Assembly: GCA_013298185.1 (NCBI GenBank)
Contig: JAAFJQ010000003.1
Coordinates: 694-64,693, forward strand
Length of the DNA stretch: 64,000 bases
From: Deinococcales bacterium
GTDB lineage: Bacteria > Deinococcota > Deinococci > Deinococcales > JAAFIG01
Reading direction: 5' to 3'
The position numbers and the translations under genes were made by a program. This document shows, piece after piece, positions 9,064 to 17,898 of this stretch (positions are counted from its first letter, which is position 1; each line of letters opens with the position of its first letter). Under the pieces are notes generated by a model. The model saw nothing but the letters and a program-made list of their open reading frames with translations, had not been told where the DNA came from and did not search any database.

Positions 9064-10298
9064 ACCAGCCCAATCTCGAGCAAAACCAACTGCTGGCTCA
9101 TGCGGTGCGCTTTAGCCGTGAATTGCGCGAGGCGGGGCTTCGGGTCACACCCAATCAAACCGAGGTCTTTGCATTGGCGCTCAGTCGTATTCCGATGCTC
9201 GAGCCAAGGGCTTTTGCCGATGCGGCTCGGGCTTGCTTAGTCTCGAGACGCGAGGATTTAGCCAAGTTCGAGCAGGTTTTTAAGTCCTTCTGGCTCGAGT
9301 TGGGTTTGGGTGGCATCCCAGAAGAATTACTCAACCAAGCCAGCCTACCCAATCAGCAACAAAAACCTCGTCCCGCCGAAGTGCGCGATGGCTCGAGCCA
9401 AGGTGATAAACCGCCTTCTGAGCTTCCACCGCAACCGCTCACCGATCGAGCGCTGACGTACAGCCCAGACTCAACCCAAAAGCACAAGCGCTTTGACCAA
9501 ATGAACCCTGCTGAACTCGAAGCAGCCAAACAAGCCTTGCGGCGTTTTCAGTGGCGGGTCGGTCAGCGTCGCACAAGGCGTTTTGTGGCTGCCAGAAGCG
9601 GCGAGCGCTTGGACTACCGCCGTAGTTTCCGCACTGCCATGCGTTTTGGCGGTGAGTGGATTAAACTCGAGATGCGCCGCAAGAAAACCAAGCCTCGACC
9701 ATTGGTGGTGTTGGCGGATGTCTCGGGGAGCATGGAACGTTATGCGCGGTTGCTGCTGCATTTTATGCACGCCGTGACTCAGCGGTTAGAACGGCGCAAC
9801 ATCGAAACCTTTGCCTTTGGAACGCACCTGACCAGAATCACCAAATCCCTCGAGCGGCGCGATGTTGACGCATCCCTAACCGAAGTTGGCAAAACCGTGA
9901 ATGATTGGTCTGGTGGTACGCGCATCGGTTCGAGTTTGGAGTTGTTCAATCGGGTTCATGCCAAACGGGTGCTTGGGCGCGGCGCGGTGGTGATTCTGAT
10001 TTCGGATGGTTGGGATCAAGGGCAACCCGAAGTTTTGGGTGCAGCCGTCGAGCGCTTGCAAAAAACCTGTCATCGTTTGATTTGGCTCAACCCCCTGATT
10101 GGTACAATTGGTTTTCAACCGCAGACTCGAGGCTTGCTGGCGGCACTGCCTTTTGTGGATGATTTTTTGAGCATTCATAACTTAAATTCCCTCGAGCAAC
10201 TCGCCACGCATCTCGAGGGAATCAGCCATTTGCGCTCGGCTCGGCGCAGTGGTATTAAAGGTTGGGAAATTCAACCAACGCACCAAGCCCCAGAATAA
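9060..10298 (+). CDS. CoxE-like VWA domain protein
   Basis: 412 aa. N-terminal LLAHAVRFSRELREAGLRV, the MIDAS-like motif DVSGSM, GGTRIG and ILISDGWD. Confidence 0.8.
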   Translation: MNQPNLEQNQLLAHAVRFSRELREAGLRVTPNQTEVFALALSRIPMLEPRAFADAARACLVSRREDLAKFEQVFKSFWLELGLGGIPEELLNQASLPNQQQKPRPAEVRDGSSQGDKPPSELPPQPLTDRALTYSPDSTQKHKRFDQMNPAELEAAKQALRRFQWRVGQRRTRRFVAARSGERLDYRRSFRTAMRFGGEWIKLEMRRKKTKPRPLVVLADVSGSMERYARLLLHFMHAVTQRLERRNIETFAFGTHLTRITKSLERRDVDASLTEVGKTVNDWSGGTRIGSSLELFNRVHAKRVLGRGAVVILISDGWDQGQPEVLGAAVERLQKTCHRLIWLNPLIGTIGFQPQTRGLLAALPFVDDFLSIHNLNSLEQLATHLEGISHLRSARRSGIKGWEIQPTHQAPE

Positions 10299-10638
10299 TT
10301 TCATCGAGTGTTTCAGGTTCAAGAACACCAAGACGCTGAATAAAACGCTGTGTGCTGATGGTCATGGCTCGAGTTTGAGCTGTATCTGCTGCCGATTTTT
10401 TCTCAAGACCATTTTGCAGAGTTGGTTCAACTGGGACAATCCAAATTCGGTTTTCATAAGTTTTTGCCCAACCCGTCAAAGGAATAACCAAGCGCACAGG
10501 ATGAAGCAGGAGTGCATCAGAGCTAACAACCACTGCGGGGCGTTGTTTTTGAATTTCAGAGCCTCGAGCTGGATTGAAATTGACGCGCCAAATATCACCG
10601 CGTTTGACAATTGGCGGAATACCATACGTTTCAGTCAT
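10255..10638 (-). CDS. mazF: MazF/PemK-family type II toxin (mRNA interferase)
   Basis: 127 aa. Motifs KRGDIWRVNFNPARGSEIQKQRPAVVVS and LVIPLT. Overlaps the coxE-like 3' end by 44 nt on the opposite strand. Confidence 0.85.
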   Translation of the reverse strand: MTETYGIPPIVKRGDIWRVNFNPARGSEIQKQRPAVVVSSDALLLHPVRLVIPLTGWAKTYENRIWIVPVEPTLQNGLEKKSAADTAQTRAMTISTQRFIQRLGVLEPETLDEIILGLGALVEFPNL

Positions 10639-10828
10639 GAAGTCCTGTCATATCGTCACTTTGCTCTAACCATTCCATTGCTTCAGAATCTGGCGTGTAG
10701 ATAGGCTCACCAATAGCTTGTAGCTCGAGCAAATCACGTCTTTGTTGAATGGATAATCGCATAAAAGCCCGTCTATCCATCAGTGGTGGCTGATGGGCTG
10801 GATCAACGATGTGCTGTGATGAGTTCAT
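10631..10828 (-). CDS. cognate antitoxin of MazF (small acidic-tailed protein)
   Basis: 65 aa from the ATG at 10828. Overlaps the mazF start by 8 nt. The longer ORF reaching 11095 runs antisense into hisA and is rejected. Confidence 0.6.
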   Translation of the reverse strand: MNSSQHIVDPAHQPPLMDRRAFMRLSIQQRRDLLELQAIGEPIYTPDSEAMEWLEQSDDMTGLHD

Positions 10829-10882
10829 ACAAACGAGTTTAGCATTTTCTGACTTTTTAGGTCTTATGTTAGGCTTACCGCG

Positions 10883-11584
10883 ATGGTGCAGATTATTCCT
10901 TGTGTGGACATTCAACGCGGACGTGCAGTGCGTTTGTACAAAGGCGATCCGAAACTCGAGACGGTGTATTTTGATTCGCCCCTTGAAGCCGCGCAGCACT
11001 GGGCGAACCTTGGCGCGAAACTGGTGCATTTGGTGGATTTGGATGCTGCCACGGGCGCTGGCGAAAACCGCGCAATCATCCTCGAGATTGCCCAAAAGTT
11101 ACCCGTGCCAGTCGAGGTCGGCGGTGGTATTCGCAACCTCGAGACGGCTCAAGAACTGCTTTCTGGTGGAGTCAGCCGAATTATCATTGGCACAGCCGCG
11201 ATCACCAATCCAGAATTCTTAGCTGCTGCGCTGCTCGAGTTTGGCGCTGAAAAAGTTGTGGTGAGCCTCGATGCCAAAGATGGTTTGGTGGCGATCAAAG
11301 GCTGGGCGGAACAAAGCACGCAAACCGCCGTAGACGCGGCGGCTCGAGTTTGGGATGTTGGCGTGCGAACCTTGATTTACACCGATATTGCGAGGGACGG
11401 CACACTCGAAGGTTTGAATCCCGAACCTCTAAAACCCATGCGAAGCGCGTGGGCTGGTGAGCTGATTGCTGGCGGTGGCGTGCGTGATGAGCGTGATATT
11501 GCCCTGCTCGAGAATCTGAGCATTGAGGGTGTGATTGTTGGTCGTGCCATTTACGAGGGAACACTGCAATTCAGAGGCGCTTAA
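10883..11584 (+). CDS. hisA: ProFAR isomerase HisA
   Basis: 233 aa. Motifs [30 protein letters not shown] and [11 protein letters not shown]. Confidence 0.92.
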   Translation: MVQIIPCVDIQRGRAVRLYKGDPKLETVYFDSPLEAAQHWANLGAKLVHLVDLDAATGAGENRAIILEIAQKLPVPVEVGGGIRNLETAQELLSGGVSRIIIGTAAITNPEFLAAALLEFGAEKVVVSLDAKDGLVAIKGWAEQSTQTAVDAAARVWDVGVRTLIYTDIARDGTLEGLNPEPLKPMRSAWAGELIAGGGVRDERDIALLENLSIEGVIVGRAIYEGTLQFRGA

Positions 11585-12074
11585 TCATTGCGTTCTTGTG
11601 GTATTCCTTGTAGACCTTGGGTGGTAATTCCTCGAGTGAGATTTCGCTGTAACCACAGCGCACAAAAAAAACTGGCTCGAGTGTCCAAGCAAACAAGCGT
11701 AAAATCCCGAGTTCTCGAGCTTCGGGTTCAATTCCGTACACCAGTTGCTTGCCTAAGCCCTTGCCTTGGAAATTCGGGTGAATCGCAAGCGAACGCACTT
11801 CCGCAAGGTCTGACCACAGCACATGCAGCCCGACAATACCTGCTATGCCGTTGTCCATCGTCTCGAGTAAGTAAAAATCGCGGATTTGGCTGTACAGCAC
11901 ATCTCGAGACTTGGGTAGCATCGCCCCACGCCGCGCCCAATGTGCGATCAGTTGCAGCATCGCTTCGACATCGCGCATGGCTGCTTTTCGCATATGCAGA
12001 CTCGAGTTTGGGTCGAGGTCGGGCAAGCTCATACGGGCAGTATAAAACGATTTGAATCGCCATATTTTTGACAC
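11571..12074 (-). CDS. GNAT N-acetyltransferase (ArgA-like amino-acid acetyltransferase family)
   Basis: LAIHPNFQGKGLGKQL is the acetyl-CoA-binding Q/RxxGxG motif. The start may be an internal ATG (12032 or 11993). Confidence 0.75.
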   Translation of the reverse strand: MSKIWRFKSFYTARMSLPDLDPNSSLHMRKAAMRDVEAMLQLIAHWARRGAMLPKSRDVLYSQIRDFYLLETMDNGIAGIVGLHVLWSDLAEVRSLAIHPNFQGKGLGKQLVYGIEPEARELGILRLFAWTLEPVFFVRCGYSEISLEELPPKVYKEYHKNAMIKRL

Positions 12075-12077
12075 AAT

Positions 12078-12093
12078 TTGAAAGGGCTTTCAG
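12078..12093. promoter_or_regulatory. LacI-type operator-like palindrome upstream of the permease-acyltransferase fusion
   Basis: TTGAAAGGGCTTTCAG differs at 2 of 16 positions from the perfect palindrome at 16491-16506. It ends 15 nt before the ATG at 12109. Confidence 0.55.
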
Positions 12094-12108
12094 CGTTCAA
12101 TAGGGTGC

Positions 12109-15100
12109 ATGACTTTTCCGCCTTTCCACCGCCCTCGAGAACGCTTGGTGGGTCGAATTGTGCAGGCACACTCGAGCAGTGCGTATTGGTTTATTGCACC
12201 GTTTTTTGTGCTGTTGGTGTTGTTTGCTGTTTTTCCACTCGCCATGTCTTTGGTGGTTTCGTTCATGGAATGGAATCCCAGTTCTGGTTTGGGCGGTATG
12301 CGTTTTGATGGTCTGTGGGCATTTAATTACACTTTACAAGATGGTATTTTCTGGCAAGGCTGGTGGCGTTCGTTGCGCTTGGCACTGATAACCGCCGTCA
12401 CCCAACACCTGATTGCCATTCCACTGGCGTTTATGCTGCACATTGCTTTTAAGCGGGTTCAAGGCATGATTGCCACGGTTATTTTTGTGCCATTCATGAC
12501 CTCGAGCTTAGCGGCTGGCGCGGTGCTGGCAGCGATTTTTGGTATTTTCTGGGCGCTGCCGATGCAACTTTCTGACATCCTGCAAAGCCTGCCTTTGATT
12601 GGCTCGAGCTTGCCATCCTTATCGGTTTTTTATACCGAAAGCGGCGCGGCGTTCACGCAACTCTGGACAGTCACAGGTTGGAATGTGCTGCTGTACCTGA
12701 TGGTCTTAAACATTGTGCCACGCAGCTTGTACGAGGCGGCACAACTCGATGGTGCTGGTTTTTGGCGTTTGTTCTGGAATGTCGCCCTGCCGATGATGCG
12801 TCCAATGATTTTCGTGGCATTCACCATGAGTTTCTTGCGTGGTACACAGACTTCGGTTGGGCAATGGTTTGGACCGGTCTCCGATATTCGCAACATTGAT
12901 TTACCAACCTATATCATCCGCACCGCTTTTTGGGATACCGATTTTGGTTTAGCCAGCGCTCAAACATGGGTTTTTTTTCTTGGCATTGCGCTTTTTACCT
13001 TTGTGTTTTACTGGTTTTTTGGGCGTAACTTCACCTTGCTCGAGACGACTGCTTTAGGCGAAGCTGACAGCTCACCGTTGCGTTTTCCAGCCGCGTGGCG
13101 GGTTGCGATGAAGTTGTTGCTGCTGGCTGGTTTGGCACTTTGCCTGATTCCGATTTTCAATTTGTTATTGGCTGGCAGCCGAAGTTACAGCGATCAATGG
13201 CTGAGCATCGGTGATGCGTGGTCTGGCAATTATGCCCTCCTACTCGAGGCACAACCGACTTTTTGGCGCAACCTTTGGAATAGTGCTTATATTGCCACGC
13301 TTGCCAGCCTTGGCGCAGTGGTCGTCTCGAGCCTCGCAGGTTTTGCTTTTGCGCTGCTTGAGTTTCGTGGCAAAGCCATTTTGTACGGCGTGGTGCTGAG
13401 CGTGATGCTTTTTCCGAGCCTGATGAACCTGATTCCCACCGCCGTGAATATGGCGCTCCTTGGTTGGATTGACCAAGCTCGAGCCGTTTGGGTTCCGGGT
13501 GTGGTGAGTGCTTTTGGTGTGTTTTTACTGCGCCAATATGTTCAGGGCGCAGTGCCGAAATCCCTGCTCGAGGCAGCGAGAATAGATGGTGCAAGTGATT
13601 TGCGGATTTACTTTTCAATCATGTTGCCACTGGCTCGTCCTGCCCTTGCAACCTTGGGTTTGGTGACGTTTGTTACGGTTTGGAATAACAATTCGGTGGC
13701 GTTGGCGCTTCTGAAAAGCCCTGAGCAGCAAATGGTCAGTCAGATTCTGGCTTATATGAATGCCAGAAATGGTTTGAACGGCGCGTACCTGATAGGAACA
13801 GCCATCTCGAGCCTCGTGCCACTTTTGGCTTTCTTGGTTTTTGCACGGCAAATCAGCTTGGCACTGAACATTGCTGTACCTTCGAGCCAAAGCCCTTGGT
13901 GGTCTCGAGCTTGGGCAGCTTGGCGCAATCGAAGGCAAGTCCAAACACATGTCTCGAGCCAAACTTTGCTCGGCGCAGATGGCATTCGCGCCATTGCTTG
14001 CCTCATGGTGATTTTTCATCATCTCTGGCAACGTTTTGACTCGAGTAACGCTTCAGACACCCTTAAATTCTTTGATGCTTTTCTCGAGCAGGGTAGCGCT
14101 GGCGTGAGTGCTTTTTTTGTGCTTTCGGGAATGCTGCTTGCTACTCCTTTTTGGCGGGCGTATCTGAATCAAAAACCCATGCCGAATATGCTCGAGTACA
14201 CGCGGCGCAGAGCCGTGCGGATTGTACCGGGCTTTTATGCGAGTTTAATTGTGAGTTTTCTACTTGGACTCTTTTTTGCTGTGGACGGCGAGAAAATCTG
14301 GTGGCGTTTGGTTTCGGCACTCAGTTTCACCACGGCGTTTTCGCATGTTACTTTTTTTCCAGTTGAACTGAATGGTCCATTGTGGAGCATTGGTTTTGAA
14401 GTCTTTTGTTATATCCTGATGCCACTTGGTATGTGGGTGTTGTTTACGCAATTTCCAAAACGCGGTTTTTGGTTCGCGCTGCGCTTTTGGCTTTTCTTGC
14501 TTGGCTTGGTCTTTGTTGCCAATCACCTCATTCTCGAGAGTCTTATCCCAGACAACATCAATCGCGGTTGGGATCATGGGCTTTTGGGTGGTGCAAAATA
14601 CTGGATGCCCAACTACAACGCCATTGGTATGTTCGCTCATTATGTGCTTGGTGTGCTGGCGGCTGGTTTTATTGTGGACAGAAAAAACCGTGGGCGTGAA
14701 CCAAGTGCAGCTTTTGATTTGGTGGCACTGATTGTGTTTGTTGGCATGTTTGCACTGCTCTGGTTGTCGAGGGGGGCTGGGGATTTTGGTTTTAGTTTCC
14801 AAAGTCAACCGTACCGTTTCCCGTGGTTTCCAGCCTGTGTTGCTCTTTTACTAATTACCCTGCCATTCTCGAGGGTTTTTGGTCGTATTTTAGACAATAC
14901 TTTTTTTCGGTATACCGCTAAAATTTCCTTTGGTTTGTACATCTGGCACTACCCGATTCTCGAGTGTATTCGCTTGTTGCACAACGAAAATTTTCGTTAC
15001 GCTGGTATTCAAAACCCGCTCGAGTTCTTCTGGTTGGCTGGTTTGGGTTTGCTGCTTGCCTACATCGCTGCTGCCTGGTCGTACAAACATATCGAAGCCC

Positions 15101-15165
15101 CATTTCTTGGAAACCCATCACAGACGGAGAAATTACCGCAACAAACCTCACCTGTGGCTGGATAA
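12109..15165 (+). CDS. fusion protein: MalF-like ABC permease, MalG-like ABC permease and acyltransferase-3 (AT3) domain
   Basis: 1018 aa. Two EAA loops (YEAAQLDGAGFWRLFWNVALPMMRP and LLEAARIDGASDLRIYFSIMLPLARP). AT3 hallmarks GADGIRAIACLMVIFHH, FFVLSG, RRAVRIVPGFY and PLWSIGFEVFCY. Confidence 0.85.
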   Translation: MTFPPFHRPRERLVGRIVQAHSSSAYWFIAPFFVLLVLFAVFPLAMSLVVSFMEWNPSSGLGGMRFDGLWAFNYTLQDGIFWQGWWRSLRLALITAVTQHLIAIPLAFMLHIAFKRVQGMIATVIFVPFMTSSLAAGAVLAAIFGIFWALPMQLSDILQSLPLIGSSLPSLSVFYTESGAAFTQLWTVTGWNVLLYLMVLNIVPRSLYEAAQLDGAGFWRLFWNVALPMMRPMIFVAFTMSFLRGTQTSVGQWFGPVSDIRNIDLPTYIIRTAFWDTDFGLASAQTWVFFLGIALFTFVFYWFFGRNFTLLETTALGEADSSPLRFPAAWRVAMKLLLLAGLALCLIPIFNLLLAGSRSYSDQWLSIGDAWSGNYALLLEAQPTFWRNLWNSAYIATLASLGAVVVSSLAGFAFALLEFRGKAILYGVVLSVMLFPSLMNLIPTAVNMALLGWIDQARAVWVPGVVSAFGVFLLRQYVQGAVPKSLLEAARIDGASDLRIYFSIMLPLARPALATLGLVTFVTVWNNNSVALALLKSPEQQMVSQILAYMNARNGLNGAYLIGTAISSLVPLLAFLVFARQISLALNIAVPSSQSPWWSRAWAAWRNRRQVQTHVSSQTLLGADGIRAIACLMVIFHHLWQRFDSSNASDTLKFFDAFLEQGSAGVSAFFVLSGMLLATPFWRAYLNQKPMPNMLEYTRRRAVRIVPGFYASLIVSFLLGLFFAVDGEKIWWRLVSALSFTTAFSHVTFFPVELNGPLWSIGFEVFCYILMPLGMWVLFTQFPKRGFWFALRFWLFLLGLVFVANHLILESLIPDNINRGWDHGLLGGAKYWMPNYNAIGMFAHYVLGVLAAGFIVDRKNRGREPSAAFDLVALIVFVGMFALLWLSRGAGDFGFSFQSQPYRFPWFPACVALLLITLPFSRVFGRILDNTFFRYTAKISFGLYIWHYPILECIRLLHNENFRYAGIQNPLEFFWLAGLGLLLAYIAAAWSYKHIEAPFLGNPSQTEKLPQQTSPVAG

Positions 15166-15294
15166 CACATTTGTATCTCGTCAAACTTTTGTTCTCGAGC
15201 CATGAGAGGGAATGAGGGAGGGTTGTTTCTTTTTGACTTTGGAAAACCCATCAAATCTCGCCTATTCTCGAGAATGAGTCTAGGACTGATTTTC

Positions 15295-15333
15295 TCATAG
15301 CTCATAGCTCGTAGCTCGCAGCTCATAAGCCCA
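15295..15333. repeat. heptanucleotide array (AGCTCAT, AGCTCGT and AGCTCGC units)
   Basis: TCATAGCTCATAGCTCGTAGCTCGCAGCTCATAAGCCC. Confidence 0.8.
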
Positions 15334-15368
15334 AATCACCATTGAACTGTAGCCTCAAATTCAAAGAC

Positions 15369-15397
15369 TTGACAGCGCTTTCAAAGTTTGTTACACT
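15369..15397 (+). promoter_or_regulatory. lacI-family gene promoter with an overlapping operator
   Basis: TTGACA, a 17-nt spacer, then TACACT. The -35 lies inside TTGACAGCGCTTTCAA (15369-15384), one mismatch from the palindrome at 16491. Confidence 0.55.
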
Positions 15398-15434
15398 TCA
15401 CGAGTCCTAAATTCTCATCTCGGAGGTCTGGCTT

Positions 15435-16442
15435 GTGTCTCAGGCAAGAACATTAAATGATGTTGCAAAACATGCGAATGTCTCGCCTAGCACAGTCTCG
15501 AGGATTCTGAACGGGACAGCTTCGGTCAGCCCTGATAAGCGCAAATCGGTTGAAGAAGCCATTTCACTTTTGGGGTATCGTCCGAATCTCATGGCGCAAG
15601 CGCTTGCAAAAGGTCGTTCAATGACCATTGGAGTGGTGACTCAAGCCATCTCGAGTCCGTTTTATGGTGAAACCTTTGTGGGTATTGAGCAGGGTTTAGC
15701 CAGCAGTGGGTATCATCCGATGTTTATCTCTGGGCATTGGCGTGCCGAAGAAGAACGCGAAGCGGTGGATATTCTCACCTCCCGTCGGGCAGATGCACTG
15801 ATTATTCTTGGTGGTAATCTCGAGGATGATTATCTCTTAAAGATGGCGGAATCCTTGCCGATTGTCACGGTGGGGCGCACAGTTCAGGGTCTCGAGCATC
15901 AGAGCATCAACATCTCCCAAGAAGACGGCGCAATGCTTGGTATGCGGCACTTGCTTGATTTAGGACACCGACGCATTGCCCATATTTCTGGTCCTCCTTC
16001 GCACCGCGATGCCATCGAGCGCTTCACAGGTTATAAAAACGCTTTGGCTGAATATGGAATTGCCTATGACCCAGAGCTGGTTCTCGAGGGCAATTACCAA
16101 GAGCGAGCTGGTCTACTAGCTACTGAACAGTTGCTTTCGCGTCGTACCGATGTCACCGCGATTTTTGCTGCCAACGACCAAACCGCGATGGGTGCAAGGC
16201 TCGCCATGTTCCGCCGAGGAATTCGTGTTCCAGACGATATGAGTTTAATTGGTTTTGATGATTTGTTCGCTTCTGGTTATACCACTCCGCCGCTGACCAC
16301 GGTGCGTCAACCGGGTGAAGACATGGGCTTGGCGGCTGCCAATATGGTCTTTGCTTTGCTCGAGGGACACCGTCCTAAACCGCCTCGGTTATCGGCGAGT
16401 TTAATTGTTCGTGAATCTACTTCTCGCTTGCGTTTTGCTTAG
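15435..16442 (+). CDS. LacI-family transcriptional regulator
   Basis: 335 aa with a GTG start after a GGAGG RBS. HTH LNDVAKHANVSPSTVSRILNG followed by a periplasmic-binding-protein-like sugar-binding core. Confidence 0.92.
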   Translation: MSQARTLNDVAKHANVSPSTVSRILNGTASVSPDKRKSVEEAISLLGYRPNLMAQALAKGRSMTIGVVTQAISSPFYGETFVGIEQGLASSGYHPMFISGHWRAEEEREAVDILTSRRADALIILGGNLEDDYLLKMAESLPIVTVGRTVQGLEHQSINISQEDGAMLGMRHLLDLGHRRIAHISGPPSHRDAIERFTGYKNALAEYGIAYDPELVLEGNYQERAGLLATEQLLSRRTDVTAIFAANDQTAMGARLAMFRRGIRVPDDMSLIGFDDLFASGYTTPPLTTVRQPGEDMGLAAANMVFALLEGHRPKPPRLSASLIVRESTSRLRFA

Positions 16443-16490
16443 AGAATTTGCTTTTTAGAAGGAGGAACTACGTTACCCGTCGGAAGTGTT

Positions 16491-16506
16491 TTGAAAGCGC
16501 TTTCAA
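16491..16506. promoter_or_regulatory. perfect 16-bp LacI-type operator upstream of the sugar ABC operon
   Basis: TTGAAAGCGCTTTCAA lies 39 nt upstream of the solute-binding-protein ATG. Confidence 0.7.
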
Positions 16507-16544
16507 ATCTTTAGCCCTCACTCAATCCATTTTGGAGGAACACC

Positions 16545-17804
16545 ATGAAAGCACGTACATTGATTGCATTCGGTTTAGCTGCTGCCGCGATCACCGGTTT
16601 GGTCGCCGCACAAGGCGGTATGAAAAAAATCTCGATTGCTGCATTTCCTAGCTTAGACGAAGCTGTGAAGATCGCTATGCCCGCCCTGAAAAAGAAGTTT
16701 CCAAATTACGAAATCGAATTGGTTGCTTTGCAATACGGCGACCACCACCAGGCATTGACCACTGCTTTGGCAACTGGGCAAGGCTTGCACGACATCGAAG
16801 CTGTGGAAATTGGTTTTGTTGGTAAATTCGCTGAAGGCGGCGGCTTGGAAGACTTGAACAAAGCCCCATACAATGCCAAAGCCCTGAAAGCCCAATTCGT
16901 AGATTACACCGTCGGTCAAGCCACTGCCTCCGACGGACGCTACATTGGTCTACCCGCCGACATCGGACCCGGCACCACTTTCTACCGCAAAGATATTTTG
17001 GACAACGCAGGAGTCAATGCCAGCGAACTGACCTCATGGGAAGGCTACATTGCCGCCGGTAAGAAAATCCAAGCCAAGAATCCAAAAATCTTCTTGATTA
17101 ACTCTGCTGCCAGCGCCGCAGGTTTGATCTGGCGCTCGAACATTCCAGCCGGCGAGGGTATTTTCTTTAGTAAAGACAACAAAGTCTTGGTTGGACCAGA
17201 CAGCGCCCGTTGGGTCAAAGCCTTTACGGTGGCTAAACAAATTCGTGATGCTAAACTCGATGCCAAAATCGGCGAGTGGAGCAACGAATGGTACGAAGGT
17301 TTCAAAGGCGGCACGGTTGCCACCCAATTTAGCGGCGCATGGTTACAAGGTCACTTCCAAAACTGGATGGCACCAGAAACCAAAGGCTTATGGCGCGTTC
17401 AAGACTTGCCAGATGGCGCATACGCACCTTGGGGTGGTAGCTTCTACACGATTCCAACTGCCAGCAAGAACAAGAAAGAAGCATGGGACATCATCCGCTT
17501 CTTAACCACCGACCGCGCCCAACAAATTGCTGCTTTCAAAGGCAACGGCGCATTCCCAGCCTTAAAAGCCGCTTGGTCAGATACCAGCTTTAACGAAGCC
17601 GTGCCTTTCCTTGGTGGTCAAAAAGCCCGTCTGCTCTGGAAAGCTGCTGCCCAAAAAATCAAGCCACTTGATGTCAACAAGTACGATAGCGTGGCACAAA
17701 CCATTGTCGAAACTCAACTGACCGCCGTGCTTGACGAAGGCAAAGACATCAAAGCCGCTTTGTCAGAAGCTCGAGCCGAAATCGAAAAACGCGCCCGCCG
17801 ATAA
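16545..17804 (+). CDS. ABC transporter extracellular sugar-binding protein (family 1)
   Basis: 419 aa. Signal peptide MKARTLIAFGLAAAAITGLVAAQ. Heads the permease operon. Confidence 0.88.
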   Translation: MKARTLIAFGLAAAAITGLVAAQGGMKKISIAAFPSLDEAVKIAMPALKKKFPNYEIELVALQYGDHHQALTTALATGQGLHDIEAVEIGFVGKFAEGGGLEDLNKAPYNAKALKAQFVDYTVGQATASDGRYIGLPADIGPGTTFYRKDILDNAGVNASELTSWEGYIAAGKKIQAKNPKIFLINSAASAAGLIWRSNIPAGEGIFFSKDNKVLVGPDSARWVKAFTVAKQIRDAKLDAKIGEWSNEWYEGFKGGTVATQFSGAWLQGHFQNWMAPETKGLWRVQDLPDGAYAPWGGSFYTIPTASKNKKEAWDIIRFLTTDRAQQIAAFKGNGAFPALKAAWSDTSFNEAVPFLGGQKARLLWKAAAQKIKPLDVNKYDSVAQTIVETQLTAVLDEGKDIKAALSEARAEIEKRARR

Positions 17805-17815
17805 GACTTCTTCAT

Positions 17816-17885
17816 GTGGTGGGTTTAACCACCCACCACCCTCCTCCGAACAAAAAAGGCTCGAGCAGTTTTGTCTCGAGCCTTT
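17816..17885 (+). promoter_or_regulatory. two intercistronic stem-loops between the binding-protein and permease genes
   Basis: A 9-bp stem at 17816-17839 and an 11-bp stem AAAGGCTCGAG/CTCGAGCCTTT at 17855-17885. Neither has a strong T-tract. Confidence 0.5.
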
Positions 17886-17898
17886 ACATAAGGAAAAC

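Noticed and set aside
10829-11095. Upstream extension of the MazF-antitoxin ORF to 154 aa.
   Set aside because: The extension runs antisense through the hisA 5' end. The internal ATG at 10828 gives a typical 65-aa antitoxin.
11716-11727. GGTTCAATTCC string resembling a tRNA T-loop.
   Set aside because: The flanks cannot form a T-stem or acceptor stem, and the string lies inside the GNAT coding region. No tRNA-like cloverleaf was found anywhere in the window.
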